DNA of 46,649 nt, from sequence record SRR31156797_3200. One strand, given 5' to 3'. Below are positions 1 to 10,260 of this stretch, piece by piece. The position numbers and the translations under genes are program-made. Under the pieces are notes generated by a model. The model worked only from the letters and a program-made list of their open reading frames with translations, was not told where the DNA came from and did not search any database. Every line of letters starts with the position of its first letter. The first letter of the stretch is position 1.

Positions 1-30
1 GACGGAGTTCAGGCTCTTCCCCCGCTACTA
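1..30 (+). ncRNA. possible 3' end of a structured RNA (tRNA-Met-like end or relic, or SRP RNA); truncated by the window edge
   Basis: GC-rich GACGGAGTTCAGGCTCTTCCCCCGCTACTA ends like initiator tRNA-Met (CCCCGCTAC) and is followed directly by a terminator; the T-arm pairing is non-canonical. Confidence 0.3.
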
Positions 31-38
31 AAATTAAG

Positions 39-75
39 AGTGTGAGTTCTGAGTATAGAGTTCACACTTTTTTTA
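39..75. terminator. intrinsic terminator hairpin
   Basis: AGTGTGAGTTCT / AGAGTTCACACT stem with G-U pairs, followed by a T run. Confidence 0.7.
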
Positions 76-93
76 TGTTTGTAACTTGCCTAC

Positions 94-639
94 TTAATTG
101 TAAAACTTTATCCAATCCATAGTAATCTCAAAATCACCAGATTGCTTATCAGCGATCAAAATACCCATTTGAGCAATATTTTGCGATTCAAGTGCAGGCT
201 TACCTTTTAATGTATAACCTCGAAATGTAGCCTTGAAGTCACTGAAAGGAACTTTGAATTCCTTCCACTCATCTTTAACGGTTTTTATTTTTGCCTGGTA
301 GGCATAGCCATCAAAACTGTTGCTGGTGCGAAAGCGCAAGCTATAAATATTACCATCACCCTTAACTCTTACCATTACACCTTTATAATAGCTTTCCTGC
401 GGCAATTCTAATCGTGATCTCACTGAAGCAAAACCTCCGTTATTTTCGAGCCGCACTATACCTTTAAATGTAGCTGTTCCATCCTCATTAAGTGCCATTC
501 CACTTTCTGATATGCCACCCATTACACCATCATTCACAATGTACCACTGTCCGGATTTTTCGGCAGAAGTAAAATCATATATTGTATAATCGTTTGTATT
601 TATAACCATACTTAAAAGAATTATTATTAAAATTTTCAT
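94..639 (-). CDS. CIA30/NDUFAF1 family protein
   Basis: W..VNDGVMGG.S and LENNGGFASVR motifs; short hydrophobic N-terminus. Confidence 0.9.
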   Translation of the reverse strand: MKILIIILLSMVINTNDYTIYDFTSAEKSGQWYIVNDGVMGGISESGMALNEDGTATFKGIVRLENNGGFASVRSRLELPQESYYKGVMVRVKGDGNIYSLRFRTSNSFDGYAYQAKIKTVKDEWKEFKVPFSDFKATFRGYTLKGKPALESQNIAQMGILIADKQSGDFEITMDWIKFYN

Positions 640-661
640 TGTAATTTAGTTTTGTTTAACT

Positions 662-686
662 TTTTTGTTTAATTATTAAACAAAAA
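662..686. promoter_or_regulatory. candidate operator, perfect 12-1-12 inverted repeat
   Basis: TTTTTGTTTAAT-T-ATTAAACAAAAA in the divergent intergenic region. Confidence 0.4.
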
Positions 687-744
687 CTGCTCCAAAAGGT
701 TTGTTAAGTAGAATCTTTTATACAAACAACTGATATTTAATACA

Positions 745-1752
745 ATGGACTTAGTAACACAAACCGTATTAGGAGCTGCTGTAGGCGAAGTAGTTCTTGG
801 TAAAAAAGCAGGTAATAAAGCAATTATGTGGGGCGCCGTAGGAGGATTAATACCTGATCTGGATGTTCTAATTACTCCATTTTTTAGTGAAGTAGATGGC
901 CTCTTTGTTCATCGTGGATTTAGTCATTCATTGATCTTTGCATTTTTGCTAGCTCCGCCGCTAGGATGGCTTATACATCGTATTCATAAGAAAAAGATGA
1001 ATATCAGTTGGCGACAATGGTCCTTATTAATATCCTGGGCAGCCTTTACGCATCCATTTTTAGACTACCTTACTACCTATGGAACAGGTGCTTTTCTTCC
1101 ATTTTCCGATTATCGGGTTGAGTTTGGAACTGTTGGTATAGTCGATATTTTTTATACGCTTCCAATAATTTTGGTTTTACTGACTATTCTATTTATAAAA
1201 CGAACTTCAACATTTAGGCGAAAATTAATTCTTGGCATCGTATCCATCACATCTTTATATCTGGTTGGCACTATTGCAAATAAAATCCATGTAAATAAAG
1301 TGTTTAAGGATGCCATGACAAAACAAGAAATAGTTTATGACCGATATAAAACAACTCCTTTACCGCTTACCAATTTTCTGTGGATGAGTATCGCGGAAAC
1401 CGACGCGGGGTATTATATGGGATTATACTCAAATTTTGATAAAGAAATTCCTTCAAGTTTTGAATTCATTCCACGAAATGAAGCTAAACTTTCAGACATA
1501 AAAAATAACGAAGAACTTCAAAAACTCATTAAATTCTCAAAAGGCTACTATCATGTGAATGAAGATGAGAAAGGTTTATATTTAGCTGATCTCCGATTTG
1601 GCAAAATGGGAATAGGTGAAAACTCCGATTTCGTTTTTAAGTTTTATCTACTAAATGAATATGGAAAAGTTGATATAAAACAATCCAATGACTCCAGAGA
1701 GATTGAAGAAGGAGCATTTACAAATTTCATTAATCGCATAAAAGGAATTTAG
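745..1752 (+). CDS. membrane-bound metal-dependent hydrolase (YdjM/DUF457-like)
   Basis: MD..TQ..LGA, PDLD, HRGFSHS and H...D..TTYG motifs; several TM segments. Confidence 0.85.
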   Translation: MDLVTQTVLGAAVGEVVLGKKAGNKAIMWGAVGGLIPDLDVLITPFFSEVDGLFVHRGFSHSLIFAFLLAPPLGWLIHRIHKKKMNISWRQWSLLISWAAFTHPFLDYLTTYGTGAFLPFSDYRVEFGTVGIVDIFYTLPIILVLLTILFIKRTSTFRRKLILGIVSITSLYLVGTIANKIHVNKVFKDAMTKQEIVYDRYKTTPLPLTNFLWMSIAETDAGYYMGLYSNFDKEIPSSFEFIPRNEAKLSDIKNNEELQKLIKFSKGYYHVNEDEKGLYLADLRFGKMGIGENSDFVFKFYLLNEYGKVDIKQSNDSREIEEGAFTNFINRIKGI

Positions 1753-1794
1753 TTTAATGCAAATTTTTCAATGATTTTTCGCCAAATTCATCAT

Positions 1795-1810
1795 TAACGG
1801 AAAACCGTTA
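1795..1810. promoter_or_regulatory. candidate response-regulator box
   Basis: palindrome TAACGG-AAAA-CCGTTA about 60 bp upstream of the -7 box. Confidence 0.4.
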
Positions 1811-1867
1811 GTCAATTCTTTTGAGCGCCCACGTATAAATACCCTTGGAAAGACTGAATATTGTTTT

Positions 1868-1875
1868 TACATTTG
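1868..1875 (+). promoter_or_regulatory. Bacteroidota -7 promoter element
   Basis: TACATTTG matches TAnnTTTG; favours ATG 1891 over TTG 1861 as start. Confidence 0.55.
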
Positions 1876-1890
1876 AAAAGACATATAATC

Positions 1891-4011
1891 ATGAAATTCC
1901 ATTTTAAGAAATATCTTAATAAAACTACTGTTCAGTCTATAATACTGAGCATTCTTTTTATCATAATTTACTATTTATTAGTTCCGAGGTATACGAGCCA
2001 GGTTGTAGACGATTTTGCTACATATAAAAGTATCTATTATAAGGACCTTAACAATGACGGTGAGCCTGAAATGATTGAATACTTTGGCTACCCTCTATCA
2101 ACAGAATATGAAAGAGCTACAATTATTGTAAAAAGCTTACAAAACACATTTCTTGGTACATGGAACCATTCTGGAAGGCATATAAGAGTGTCAATTCCGG
2201 TTTTTTGCGACTATGATCATGATGGCGTTATTGATATTTTCACTTTTCACCGACATTTTGATTCAATATTTATCAACGGAATTAATCCTGATTCAAGTGA
2301 TACCTTTTTTGTTCAATCTAGGTTTGTAGACACCACACGATGGGTAAACAAAACAGTGCATATAAAAGTACTGGGAATTGGTCATGAAGATTATAATAAT
2401 GATAATTTCGAAGATATCATTTTTCATATTGATGCTGGTTTTTCGTTGCAACCAAGGAACACTTATATTTTTGATATTAAAAACGATACTATTTTAAAAA
2501 GTCCAGAGTCTTACGCTCATTTAACCTTTCCATACGCTCAATTATTTGATTTAACTAATAATGGAAAAAAAGAAATTATTTTAAGTACACATGCATCTGA
2601 AAATATTAAAGATTTCTCACTTCCCTTTCATGATTACAGCACATATGTAATGGTGCTGAATTCTAACTTGCAATTTTTAAATAAGCCATACGAAATTAAA
2701 GGATCTATGGCACATATCAGAGCATGTCCCATTAAACAGGATAAGGAAAATTACATTAATATACATTACCATAATTACGGAAAACGAGCTGGTGACAGCC
2801 TTTTTCTATTTGATCAAAAAGGAATCCTAGCAAAAGTTATTTGTATAGATTCACTCATTCAAAAGTATAACTCACCAGCAACACTACGCTATCATTTGCA
2901 TTTATCTGACTACAAACACCTTAAGGAGCCTATCATAGGCCTAAAAAATGGAATGATAATAAAATTTGATAACAAGCTTAGGATTAAAAAGCAAATATAT
3001 ACATCGATATCCCCACTGCATAATGCAATTCAGTTAGAATTAAATAATGACACTACAGACATAGAATATTTACTTTCAGCCGATAAAAAAATATACTTTA
3101 CTGACCAAGATTTTAACATTTTAACTTCACCTGAAATAGAAGTTCAAGGCATTCAAAACTTTGGTAGAATTTCTCAACAAGATGATAAGCAGCATTTTTT
3201 CATACAGGATAAAACAAATGTTTTTCATATTATTGTTAAACTAAATCCATGGTTCATTTATAGCTGGATTCTAATAATACTGGTTATAATAACCATTTGG
3301 CTTCTACTTTTATTTATCAAAGGGATTATTTCGCTGTTTAAAAAATATCAAATGATGGGTATTCTTAAAGCAAGAGATACGCATAAAACTCAATTAGCCA
3401 GAGAATTGCACGATGAGCTTGGCAGTAAAATTACGGGTCTTAGGCTGATGCTTGAGAATATTGATAAGCCTGAATCTATAAAAGAAATTGACGCAGTTTC
3501 AGACCATCTTCAAAAAACTCACCAGGAAATAAGAAATATTATTTATAACCTTGCTCCGCCTCATCTGAAACATAAATCATTCTCATTAACCATCACACAA
3601 CTTATAACATCATTTGACAGCATTTCTGATATTAATTTTCAACTTGAATTTATTCCTGAAAAGAATATTGTGGAAGATTTAGATGATATCATCAAAATGG
3701 AGTTGTTTAGAATTATTCAAGAGAGCCTAAATAATATTATCAAGCATGCAAAAGCCAGCAATGTAATTATCCAATTTATGCGACAGGAACATTACCTTGA
3801 GGTTTTTGTTGAAGATGATGGTATTGGTTTTGATAAAGATAGAATTAATTCAGGGCAGGGATTAATTAGTATGGAAGTAAGAGCAAAAATTATTAAAGGA
3901 TATTTAAGCTTATATTCAGAAAAAGGAAAAGGAACTTCCATTGCAATACAAGTACCTTTAAAATTTAAACAGAAAAAACGAAAAAATGGCTTACTCAATC
4001 CTTTTAATTGA
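1891..4011 (+). CDS. HisKA_3-type sensor histidine kinase with FG-GAP/VCBS-like extracytoplasmic repeats
   Basis: two TM segments flanking DLNNDG, DYDHDG, DYNND and DLTNNG motifs; ARELHDELG H-box; ESLNNIIKHA, DDGIGF. Confidence 0.85.
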   Translation: MKFHFKKYLNKTTVQSIILSILFIIIYYLLVPRYTSQVVDDFATYKSIYYKDLNNDGEPEMIEYFGYPLSTEYERATIIVKSLQNTFLGTWNHSGRHIRVSIPVFCDYDHDGVIDIFTFHRHFDSIFINGINPDSSDTFFVQSRFVDTTRWVNKTVHIKVLGIGHEDYNNDNFEDIIFHIDAGFSLQPRNTYIFDIKNDTILKSPESYAHLTFPYAQLFDLTNNGKKEIILSTHASENIKDFSLPFHDYSTYVMVLNSNLQFLNKPYEIKGSMAHIRACPIKQDKENYINIHYHNYGKRAGDSLFLFDQKGILAKVICIDSLIQKYNSPATLRYHLHLSDYKHLKEPIIGLKNGMIIKFDNKLRIKKQIYTSISPLHNAIQLELNNDTTDIEYLLSADKKIYFTDQDFNILTSPEIEVQGIQNFGRISQQDDKQHFFIQDKTNVFHIIVKLNPWFIYSWILIILVIITIWLLLLFIKGIISLFKKYQMMGILKARDTHKTQLARELHDELGSKITGLRLMLENIDKPESIKEIDAVSDHLQKTHQEIRNIIYNLAPPHLKHKSFSLTITQLITSFDSISDINFQLEFIPEKNIVEDLDDIIKMELFRIIQESLNNIIKHAKASNVIIQFMRQEHYLEVFVEDDGIGFDKDRINSGQGLISMEVRAKIIKGYLSLYSEKGKGTSIAIQVPLKFKQKKRKNGLLNPFN

Positions 4012-4618
4012 TGACCACCAGATAATTACAAGTGGTTTAAAAACACAACTGGAGAAAAACTTTCCAGGGTCTTCAATATTTGAGGCTAACACAACTACTG
4101 ATGCCTATGATGTTTTGCATAATGAAAACATTGAAATAGTTATTTCTGACCTTTCTGTAGATGAGTATTTAAGTGAACTTGATTTAATTACAAGAATAAA
4201 AGAAATTAATCCGGACATAAAACTAACTGTATTTAGCATGCATGCTAACGCCAGTATCATTCAAAATTTATTGAATAAAGGTGTAATGGGATATGTGGTT
4301 AAAACTTCTGATTCAAGTGAAATTATTAACGCCATCCATTCGATGCTAAAGGATGAAGTCTTTTTATGCAAGCATGCACAGCAAGCATTAAACGATGCTG
4401 AAGTCAGTGAACCCTCAAACCTAATTTTCACTCAAAGAGAAAAGCAAATTATAAAGCTTATTGTGGAAGGAAAAAAGACAGGTCAAATTGCCCGACAACT
4501 AAAAATTACAGTCAATACTGTTGAAAGCCACCGTAAGAATATTTATCAAAAAACCGGAACTAAGAACATGGCTGAGCTGGTAAAAATTGCACTTACACAA
4601 GGTATAGTGGAAAGTTAA
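3986..4618 (+). CDS. NarL/LuxR family response regulator
   Basis: REC domain (IDDH, ISD, VVK) plus LuxR HTH (TQREKQII...TVESHRKNI); overlaps the kinase stop. Confidence 0.92.
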   Translation: MAYSILLIDDHQIITSGLKTQLEKNFPGSSIFEANTTTDAYDVLHNENIEIVISDLSVDEYLSELDLITRIKEINPDIKLTVFSMHANASIIQNLLNKGVMGYVVKTSDSSEIINAIHSMLKDEVFLCKHAQQALNDAEVSEPSNLIFTQREKQIIKLIVEGKKTGQIARQLKITVNTVESHRKNIYQKTGTKNMAELVKIALTQGIVES

Positions 4619-4707
4619 TCCACATTATTAATGGCTTCATTTCCAAATCTTCAGAGATTTTTATAGTTTTATACCCTTAAATCCAATTTCAAACTAATTA
4701 ACTATTT

Positions 4708-5139
4708 ATGAAAAATCTGATCTTAAAAACAGCTTTAATTTTTACATTACTCTTCTCAGTATCATATGCTCAAGCACAATGTAGTTCAAGATGTGCTAAA
4801 TCTTGTAGCAAAGACACTGATATTATAAGCCAATTAAATGTAGAACTCAAAAAGTCACTTTATAAAACAGTCGTAACTGTTGACAAAGAAGGTAACTTAA
4901 AACGCAAAGATAGTAATGGAAACACTTTTGAATACAGCCTAAAAGATGTAAAAGAGGTTAGCTCTGAAAATGATGGTTTACGTAATATGATGATTCACCT
5001 TGAAAAAGGTAAAAAATCAAATGGAATAGTGGAAGGTAAAAAAGTAGAAAGTGAACTAAACGTTGTAGCCTTTGCCAATCCAAATGATTGTAAAAAAGCA
5101 ATTTCGCTTTTCAAAAAACTTGTAGAAAAATACAACTAA
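4708..5139 (+). CDS. secreted hypothetical protein with Cys-rich N-terminus
   Basis: Sec signal ending AQA-Q, then CSSRCAKSCS; terminator follows. Confidence 0.75.
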   Translation: MKNLILKTALIFTLLFSVSYAQAQCSSRCAKSCSKDTDIISQLNVELKKSLYKTVVTVDKEGNLKRKDSNGNTFEYSLKDVKEVSSENDGLRNMMIHLEKGKKSNGIVEGKKVESELNVVAFANPNDCKKAISLFKKLVEKYN

Positions 5140-5157
5140 CAAATATACATTTTGATT

Positions 5158-5187
5158 AAAAAAACGAGGGCTTGCTCTCGTTTTTTT
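5158..5187. terminator. bidirectional intrinsic terminator
   Basis: AAAAAAACGAGGGC-TT-GCTCTCGTTTTTTT between convergent genes. Confidence 0.85.
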
Positions 5188-5191
5188 GCTT

Positions 5192-6865
5192 CTAGCCCTT
5201 ATTTCCCGGACTAGCTTTCAACAACTTTTTAGTATAATCAGATTGAGGATTATCGAATAATTCTTCAGCGCTATTTTGCTCTTCGATTCGTCCATCTTTC
5301 ATTACAATAATACGGTCTGACATGTAATGCACTACTTCCAAATCGTGTGAAATAAAAATATAAGTAAGCCCGAATTTAATTTTAAGGTCGTTTAACAAAT
5401 TTAGAACCTTTGCTTGCACAGATACATCCAATGCAGCAACAGCTTCATCCAAAATAAGCAATTCTGGTTCCGTAGCCAAAGCACGAGCAATTGCTACTCT
5501 TTGTCTTTGACCGCCTGACAATTCATGTGGGTAACGGTATGCATGCTCGGCTAATAGCCCTACCTGTGAAAGTAATTCTAAAATCTTCTGATCACATTGT
5601 TTTCTGCTTTTGCAAATACCATGAACCCGTATAACCTCCATAATAGCATTACCAATTTTCAAATTTGGATTTAATGAAGAATAGGGATCCTGAAACACAA
5701 ACTGTACACTTTTCCTGAATTTCTTTTCTCCCTTTCGCCCCTGAATTACAATAGGATCTCCATTAAGGTATATGTTGCCCATAAAAGGTAGAAGCTGCAA
5801 AATGCTTTTACTTAATGTTGTTTTCCCACAACCACTTTCCCCAACAACTCCTAAAGTTTCACCATCTTTAACATGAAGCGAAACATCCTTTAAGGCTTGA
5901 AAAGCATTCTTTTGATGTGCATTATAGGTTACATTTAACTTATCAATATTTAATATTTCATCTGAAGAAATTTTCCACCATTGTCTATTTTCTAAATTTA
6001 TTTGGTCAGTCTCCATTACCTTTTCTAATTCTGGCATTAAATAGGGCCTGCTATCTTTTGAAGGTCTGCAAGTATTCAATGCTTTAGTATAGGATTCTTT
6101 CGGATTACTGGCAATCTCAACATATTTACCTTGCTCCACAATTTTACCATTCCGCATTACAATCAAATTGTCAGCAAAATCATTTAAAATTGATAAATCA
6201 TGTGTAATAAAAAGCACCGTGAGGTGCATCTCTTGTTGCAACCGTTTTATCAATTGGATAATCTCAAATTGAACGGTAACATCTAAAGCAGTAGTGGCCT
6301 CATCTGCAATTAATAACTCCGGGTTATTCATCAAAGCCATCGCAATCATAACGCGTTGCCGCTGCCCACCTGATAGTTGAAATGGATAAGATTTGTATAG
6401 TCTTTCAGGGTTAGGTAAGGTTACTTTTTGCATCATTTCAATGACCTTCTTTTTACCCAACCGTTTTGAAATTTGCTCATGTAGCTGCAACGCCTCCAGC
6501 AATTGATTTCCAATTCGTTTTGTGGGATTCAAACTAGACATTGGATCCTGAAATATCATTGAGACCTTTTTGCCACGAAAAGTACGTAGTGTTTGTTCTT
6601 TTAATTCAAGTATGTTAATGGCTTTTTCACTTTCGTGATATAATATTTCACCACTTGCAGAAAGTTGATGAGAAAGCAATTTCATTATGCTCAGTGCAGT
6701 TAAAGATTTTCCACTTCCGGATTCTCCAACCATACCTGTAATTGAGCCTTTAGGTAAAATAAAAGAAATATCATTTACAAGACATTTTGACTTTAGTTTA
6801 GTGGAAACATTTAAGTCTTTAACCTCAATTAAATTATGCGCTGTTGGATGTCCTGTATCTTGCAT
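5192..6865 (-). CDS. ABC transporter ATP-binding protein with duplicated ATPase domains (peptide/nickel type)
   Basis: two Walker A motifs (GESGSGKS, GESGCGKT), two LSGGQRQR signatures; start moved to ATG 6865 (MQDTG), since the longer ORF overlaps the divergent gene. Confidence 0.88.
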   Translation of the reverse strand: MQDTGHPTAHNLIEVKDLNVSTKLKSKCLVNDISFILPKGSITGMVGESGSGKSLTALSIMKLLSHQLSASGEILYHESEKAINILELKEQTLRTFRGKKVSMIFQDPMSSLNPTKRIGNQLLEALQLHEQISKRLGKKKVIEMMQKVTLPNPERLYKSYPFQLSGGQRQRVMIAMALMNNPELLIADEATTALDVTVQFEIIQLIKRLQQEMHLTVLFITHDLSILNDFADNLIVMRNGKIVEQGKYVEIASNPKESYTKALNTCRPSKDSRPYLMPELEKVMETDQINLENRQWWKISSDEILNIDKLNVTYNAHQKNAFQALKDVSLHVKDGETLGVVGESGCGKTTLSKSILQLLPFMGNIYLNGDPIVIQGRKGEKKFRKSVQFVFQDPYSSLNPNLKIGNAIMEVIRVHGICKSRKQCDQKILELLSQVGLLAEHAYRYPHELSGGQRQRVAIARALATEPELLILDEAVAALDVSVQAKVLNLLNDLKIKFGLTYIFISHDLEVVHYMSDRIIVMKDGRIEEQNSAEELFDNPQSDYTKKLLKASPGNKG

Positions 6866-6951
6866 AAAGCCTAAAAAATTACAATATTGTGATAGAGAAA
6901 TAAAAGTAAAGAATATTGCGAGATAAAAAAACTCAGAAAGCGGAATTATTA

Positions 6952-7152
6952 ATGATTGAATTAAAGAACGTCCTGCTTGAAACAATGTGGGGCGATCAAA
7001 GGTACCAATACAACAATCAAAAACTAACCATTCCGTGGCTGCATGAGGATTACCAATATCAAATCAAGAAACTGTACCTACATCCTGATAAAGAATCCTA
7101 TTACTTAGACAAGATTGAACAGATCATTGGTGAGTATGCTGAGTTTTATTAA
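6952..7152 (+). CDS. small hypothetical protein (66 aa)
   Basis: ATG start MIELKNVLLETMWGDQ, protein-like composition, followed by a terminator. Confidence 0.6.
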   Translation: MIELKNVLLETMWGDQRYQYNNQKLTIPWLHEDYQYQIKKLYLHPDKESYYLDKIEQIIGEYAEFY

Positions 7153-7215
7153 GGTTATTGTGTTGATTAGTTAATAAGTTAATTAAGTTTGGCAACTCAG
7201 AAAACCATATAATAA

Positions 7216-7250
7216 AAAAACGCTCTATCTGAATCGGATAGAGCGTTTTT
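7216..7250. terminator. bidirectional intrinsic terminator
   Basis: AAAAACGCTCTATCTG-AAT-CGGATAGAGCGTTTTT. Confidence 0.85.
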
Positions 7251-7270
7251 GAATTATTCTAATCTTTATT

Positions 7271-7987
7271 TTACTTCTTACGAATATTTTTCATTATAAT
7301 TTCCACACTCTCTTCAACTGTATGTTGTGAGGTATCAATTTTAATTTCAGGATTTAGAGGCTCTTCATAGGGGTCATCTATACCTGTAAATTGTGTGATT
7401 TCTCCGGCACGTGCTTTTGCATACAATCCTTTTACATCGCGTTGTTCACAAACCTCTAATGGAGTTGCAACATGAACTTCGATAAAATCTTTACACTGGC
7501 TACGTACAAAATCGCGAGATTCACGATATGGTGATATAAATGAGGCTATTACTGTTACGCCATTTTCTTCAAGTTTAGACGCTAAGAATCCTACTCGTCG
7601 TACGTGTCTGTTACGCTCTTCCTTGCTAAAACCAGTTTTCGGAAAAATATTACGGATGATATCACCATCTAGCTCTTCAACCTTTATATTTTGTGCTTTC
7701 ATCTTCTTAAATAAGGCTTCAGCTAAGGTCGATTTTCCACTACCCGACAATCCGGTGAACCAAATAACTTTAGGCTGATACTCTTTTCGCCCAAAATTGA
7801 TTCTATTCCAGATTCTCTCATGACCGTAGAAAAACAGCAGTTTCAATGTAGCTTCAAATCCTCCCACGTAGGCTGCAAAATCCCAACGTTTCGTAAATAT
7901 ATAAACTAAAGCAGCTGTTGTAATTGTGGCTACAAATCGCCACGAAAGTGCTTTTACAATTGAACGACTCCGCGATTCTTTTATCAT
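7271..7987 (-). CDS. cysC: adenylyl-sulfate kinase with N-terminal DUF2061-like membrane domain
   Basis: WFTGLSGSGKST P-loop, LDGDIIR, RDVKGLY, FTGIDDPYE; N-terminal RSIVKALSWR...YGHERIW. Confidence 0.9.
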   Translation of the reverse strand: MIKESRSRSIVKALSWRFVATITTAALVYIFTKRWDFAAYVGGFEATLKLLFFYGHERIWNRINFGRKEYQPKVIWFTGLSGSGKSTLAEALFKKMKAQNIKVEELDGDIIRNIFPKTGFSKEERNRHVRRVGFLASKLEENGVTVIASFISPYRESRDFVRSQCKDFIEVHVATPLEVCEQRDVKGLYAKARAGEITQFTGIDDPYEEPLNPEIKIDTSQHTVEESVEIIMKNIRKK

Positions 7988-8099
7988 TTGTTCTAACTTA
8001 AATGTTAACCCGGCAAAGCTAACAAAAACCTTACCGTCTATAAAATTTCTATAAAAAATACCGTCTGCTTTTGACCAATTTGTGCTTTAGGCAGACAAA

Positions 8100-10130
8100 T
8101 TAACTTACTGTACTTCCATTTTTTGTGGCTTCACCCGGTTCCATAAATTTTAATGACCCATCAGCATCCTGCGCCATTAAAATCATACCTTGCGACTCAA
8201 TACCACGAATCTTTCTAGGTGCCAGATTAACCAAAATGGACACTTGTTTACCAATAATCTTTTCAGGCTCAAAGTATTCAGCAATCCCTGAAACCACCGT
8301 ACGTTGATCAATTCCCGTATCAACTTTTAGTTTTAGAAGTTTTTTCGTTTTAGCCACTTTTTCTGCCTCCAAAATAGTTCCAATACGGATATCCATTTTT
8401 GTAAAATCTTCAAAATCAACTTCAGCTTTTGCAGGTTCTACAGAAGCATTTTCAGCTTCATTTGCTTTTTTAGTATCTTCGAGTTTCTGGCGCTGTGCCT
8501 CTACAAAACTATCTTCAATCTTTTCAAAAAGCAACTCTGCTTTATTAATCTGATGACCAGGTTTCAGTAAATCCATATTGCCTATGTCGTTCCAACCTAT
8601 AGCAGGGGCATTGACCATTTTAACCAATTTCGATGTAGTGAATGGAATAAATGGCTCCATAATCACACTCAAGGCAGCTGAAATTTGCAAACTGATGTAC
8701 ATGATCGTTTTTACGCGCTCAGGATCAGTTTTCACCACCTTCCATGGTTCAGTATCTGCTAAATATTTATTCCCTAAACGAGCTAAATTCATAGCCTCTT
8801 TTAAAGCTTCACGGAATTTAAACTGGTCTAATGCCTTCTCAACAGCTTGTTTTGATTGTTGATAAATCTCTATAGTTTCTTTATCAAAATCATTATACTC
8901 AATAGGCTGTGGAACCTCCCCTTTATAGTATTTATGAGTTAGTACCAATGCCCGATTTACAAAATTTCCTAAAACTGCCACTAATTCATTATTATTTCGT
9001 GCCTGAAAATCTGCCCAACTAAAGTCATTATCCTTAGTCTCAGGCATATTTGCTGTCAATGTGTAACGCAACACATCTTCCTTACCTGGCATTTCGTTTA
9101 AATACTCATGCAACCAAACAGCCCAGTTACGTGAAGTAGATATTTTATCGCCTTCAAGATTTAAAAATTCATTGGCAGGCACATTCTCCGGCAAAATATA
9201 TCCATCAGCCTTATCCAACATCGAAGGGAAAATAATACAGTGGAACACGATATTATCTTTCCCGATGAAATGAATCATGCGGGTTTCTTTGTCTTTCCAG
9301 TATTTTTCCCAATCAGGGGTTAATTCTTTAGTAGCTGATATATATCCAATAGGTGCATCGAACCACACATATAATACTTTTCCATCTCCTCCTTCAACCG
9401 GCACAGGCACACCCCAGTCTAAGTCGCGGGTTACCGCACGTGGACGTAGACCATCATCGAGCCACGATTTACATTGGCCATATACATTTGATTTCCATTC
9501 TTTATGATCTTCTAAAATCCATTTACGAAGGTGTCCTTCATACTTATCAAGTGGCAAATACCAGTGTGTAGTATCTTTCTTTACAGGTTTACTGCCTGAG
9601 ATAGTAGAATATGGATTAATCAATTCCATTGGGCTCAAAGAAGTACCACAAGATTCACATTGATCTCCATAGGCTTCTTCATAACTACATTTAGGACAAG
9701 TTCCTTTGATATAACGATCAGCCAAAAACTGACCTGCTTCCTCATCATAGTATTGCTCCGAGGTTTTCTCAACAAATTCCCCTTTATGGTATAACTCCTT
9801 GAAAAATTCAGAAGCCGTTTCATGATGTACTTTACTGCTGGTTCGGCTATATATATCGAAAGAAATTCCGAAACGTTCAAAAGAATCTTTATTCAAACTG
9901 TGATATCTGTCAACTACATCCTGTGGTGTAATTCCTTCTTTCTTGGCTTTGATTGTAATGGGCACACCATGCTCGTCTGAACCACAAATAAATTTTACGT
10001 CCTCACCTTTTTGACGCAAGTAACGCACATAAATATCAGATGGCACATACACTCCTGCTAAATGACCAATATGCACAGGTCCATTTGCATAAGGAAGCGC
10101 TGATGTAATTAAATGTCTTTTATACTCCAT
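8100..10130 (-). CDS. metG: methionine--tRNA ligase
   Basis: [13 protein letters not shown], zinc knuckles, KISTS, C-terminal tRNA-binding OB domain. Confidence 0.97.
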   Translation of the reverse strand: MEYKRHLITSALPYANGPVHIGHLAGVYVPSDIYVRYLRQKGEDVKFICGSDEHGVPITIKAKKEGITPQDVVDRYHSLNKDSFERFGISFDIYSRTSSKVHHETASEFFKELYHKGEFVEKTSEQYYDEEAGQFLADRYIKGTCPKCSYEEAYGDQCESCGTSLSPMELINPYSTISGSKPVKKDTTHWYLPLDKYEGHLRKWILEDHKEWKSNVYGQCKSWLDDGLRPRAVTRDLDWGVPVPVEGGDGKVLYVWFDAPIGYISATKELTPDWEKYWKDKETRMIHFIGKDNIVFHCIIFPSMLDKADGYILPENVPANEFLNLEGDKISTSRNWAVWLHEYLNEMPGKEDVLRYTLTANMPETKDNDFSWADFQARNNNELVAVLGNFVNRALVLTHKYYKGEVPQPIEYNDFDKETIEIYQQSKQAVEKALDQFKFREALKEAMNLARLGNKYLADTEPWKVVKTDPERVKTIMYISLQISAALSVIMEPFIPFTTSKLVKMVNAPAIGWNDIGNMDLLKPGHQINKAELLFEKIEDSFVEAQRQKLEDTKKANEAENASVEPAKAEVDFEDFTKMDIRIGTILEAEKVAKTKKLLKLKVDTGIDQRTVVSGIAEYFEPEKIIGKQVSILVNLAPRKIRGIESQGMILMAQDADGSLKFMEPGEATKNGSTVS

Positions 10131-10221
10131 GTAAATCTGTATTAAGATCGATGATTTTTGATTCTATTAAAAAAGTGTAAATTCGCATATTCGCCTAAAA
10201 ATAGGCTGCAAAAACAGGCCA

Positions 10222-10229
10222 CAAATATA
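10222..10229 (-). promoter_or_regulatory. -7 promoter element of metG
   Basis: TATATTTG on the minus strand. Confidence 0.5.
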
Positions 10230-10260
10230 GCGAATCATTACAAGTTATAAAACTGAAAGT

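Noticed and set aside
6866-6985. N-terminal 40-aa extension of the ABC ATPase
   Set aside because: Overlaps the divergent small gene and intergenic region; ATG 6865 fits the domain start better
10131-10221. T-box or SAM riboswitch in the metG leader
   Set aside because: Leader is short, with only a 5-bp hairpin (GCCTA/TAGGC) and no consensus motifs
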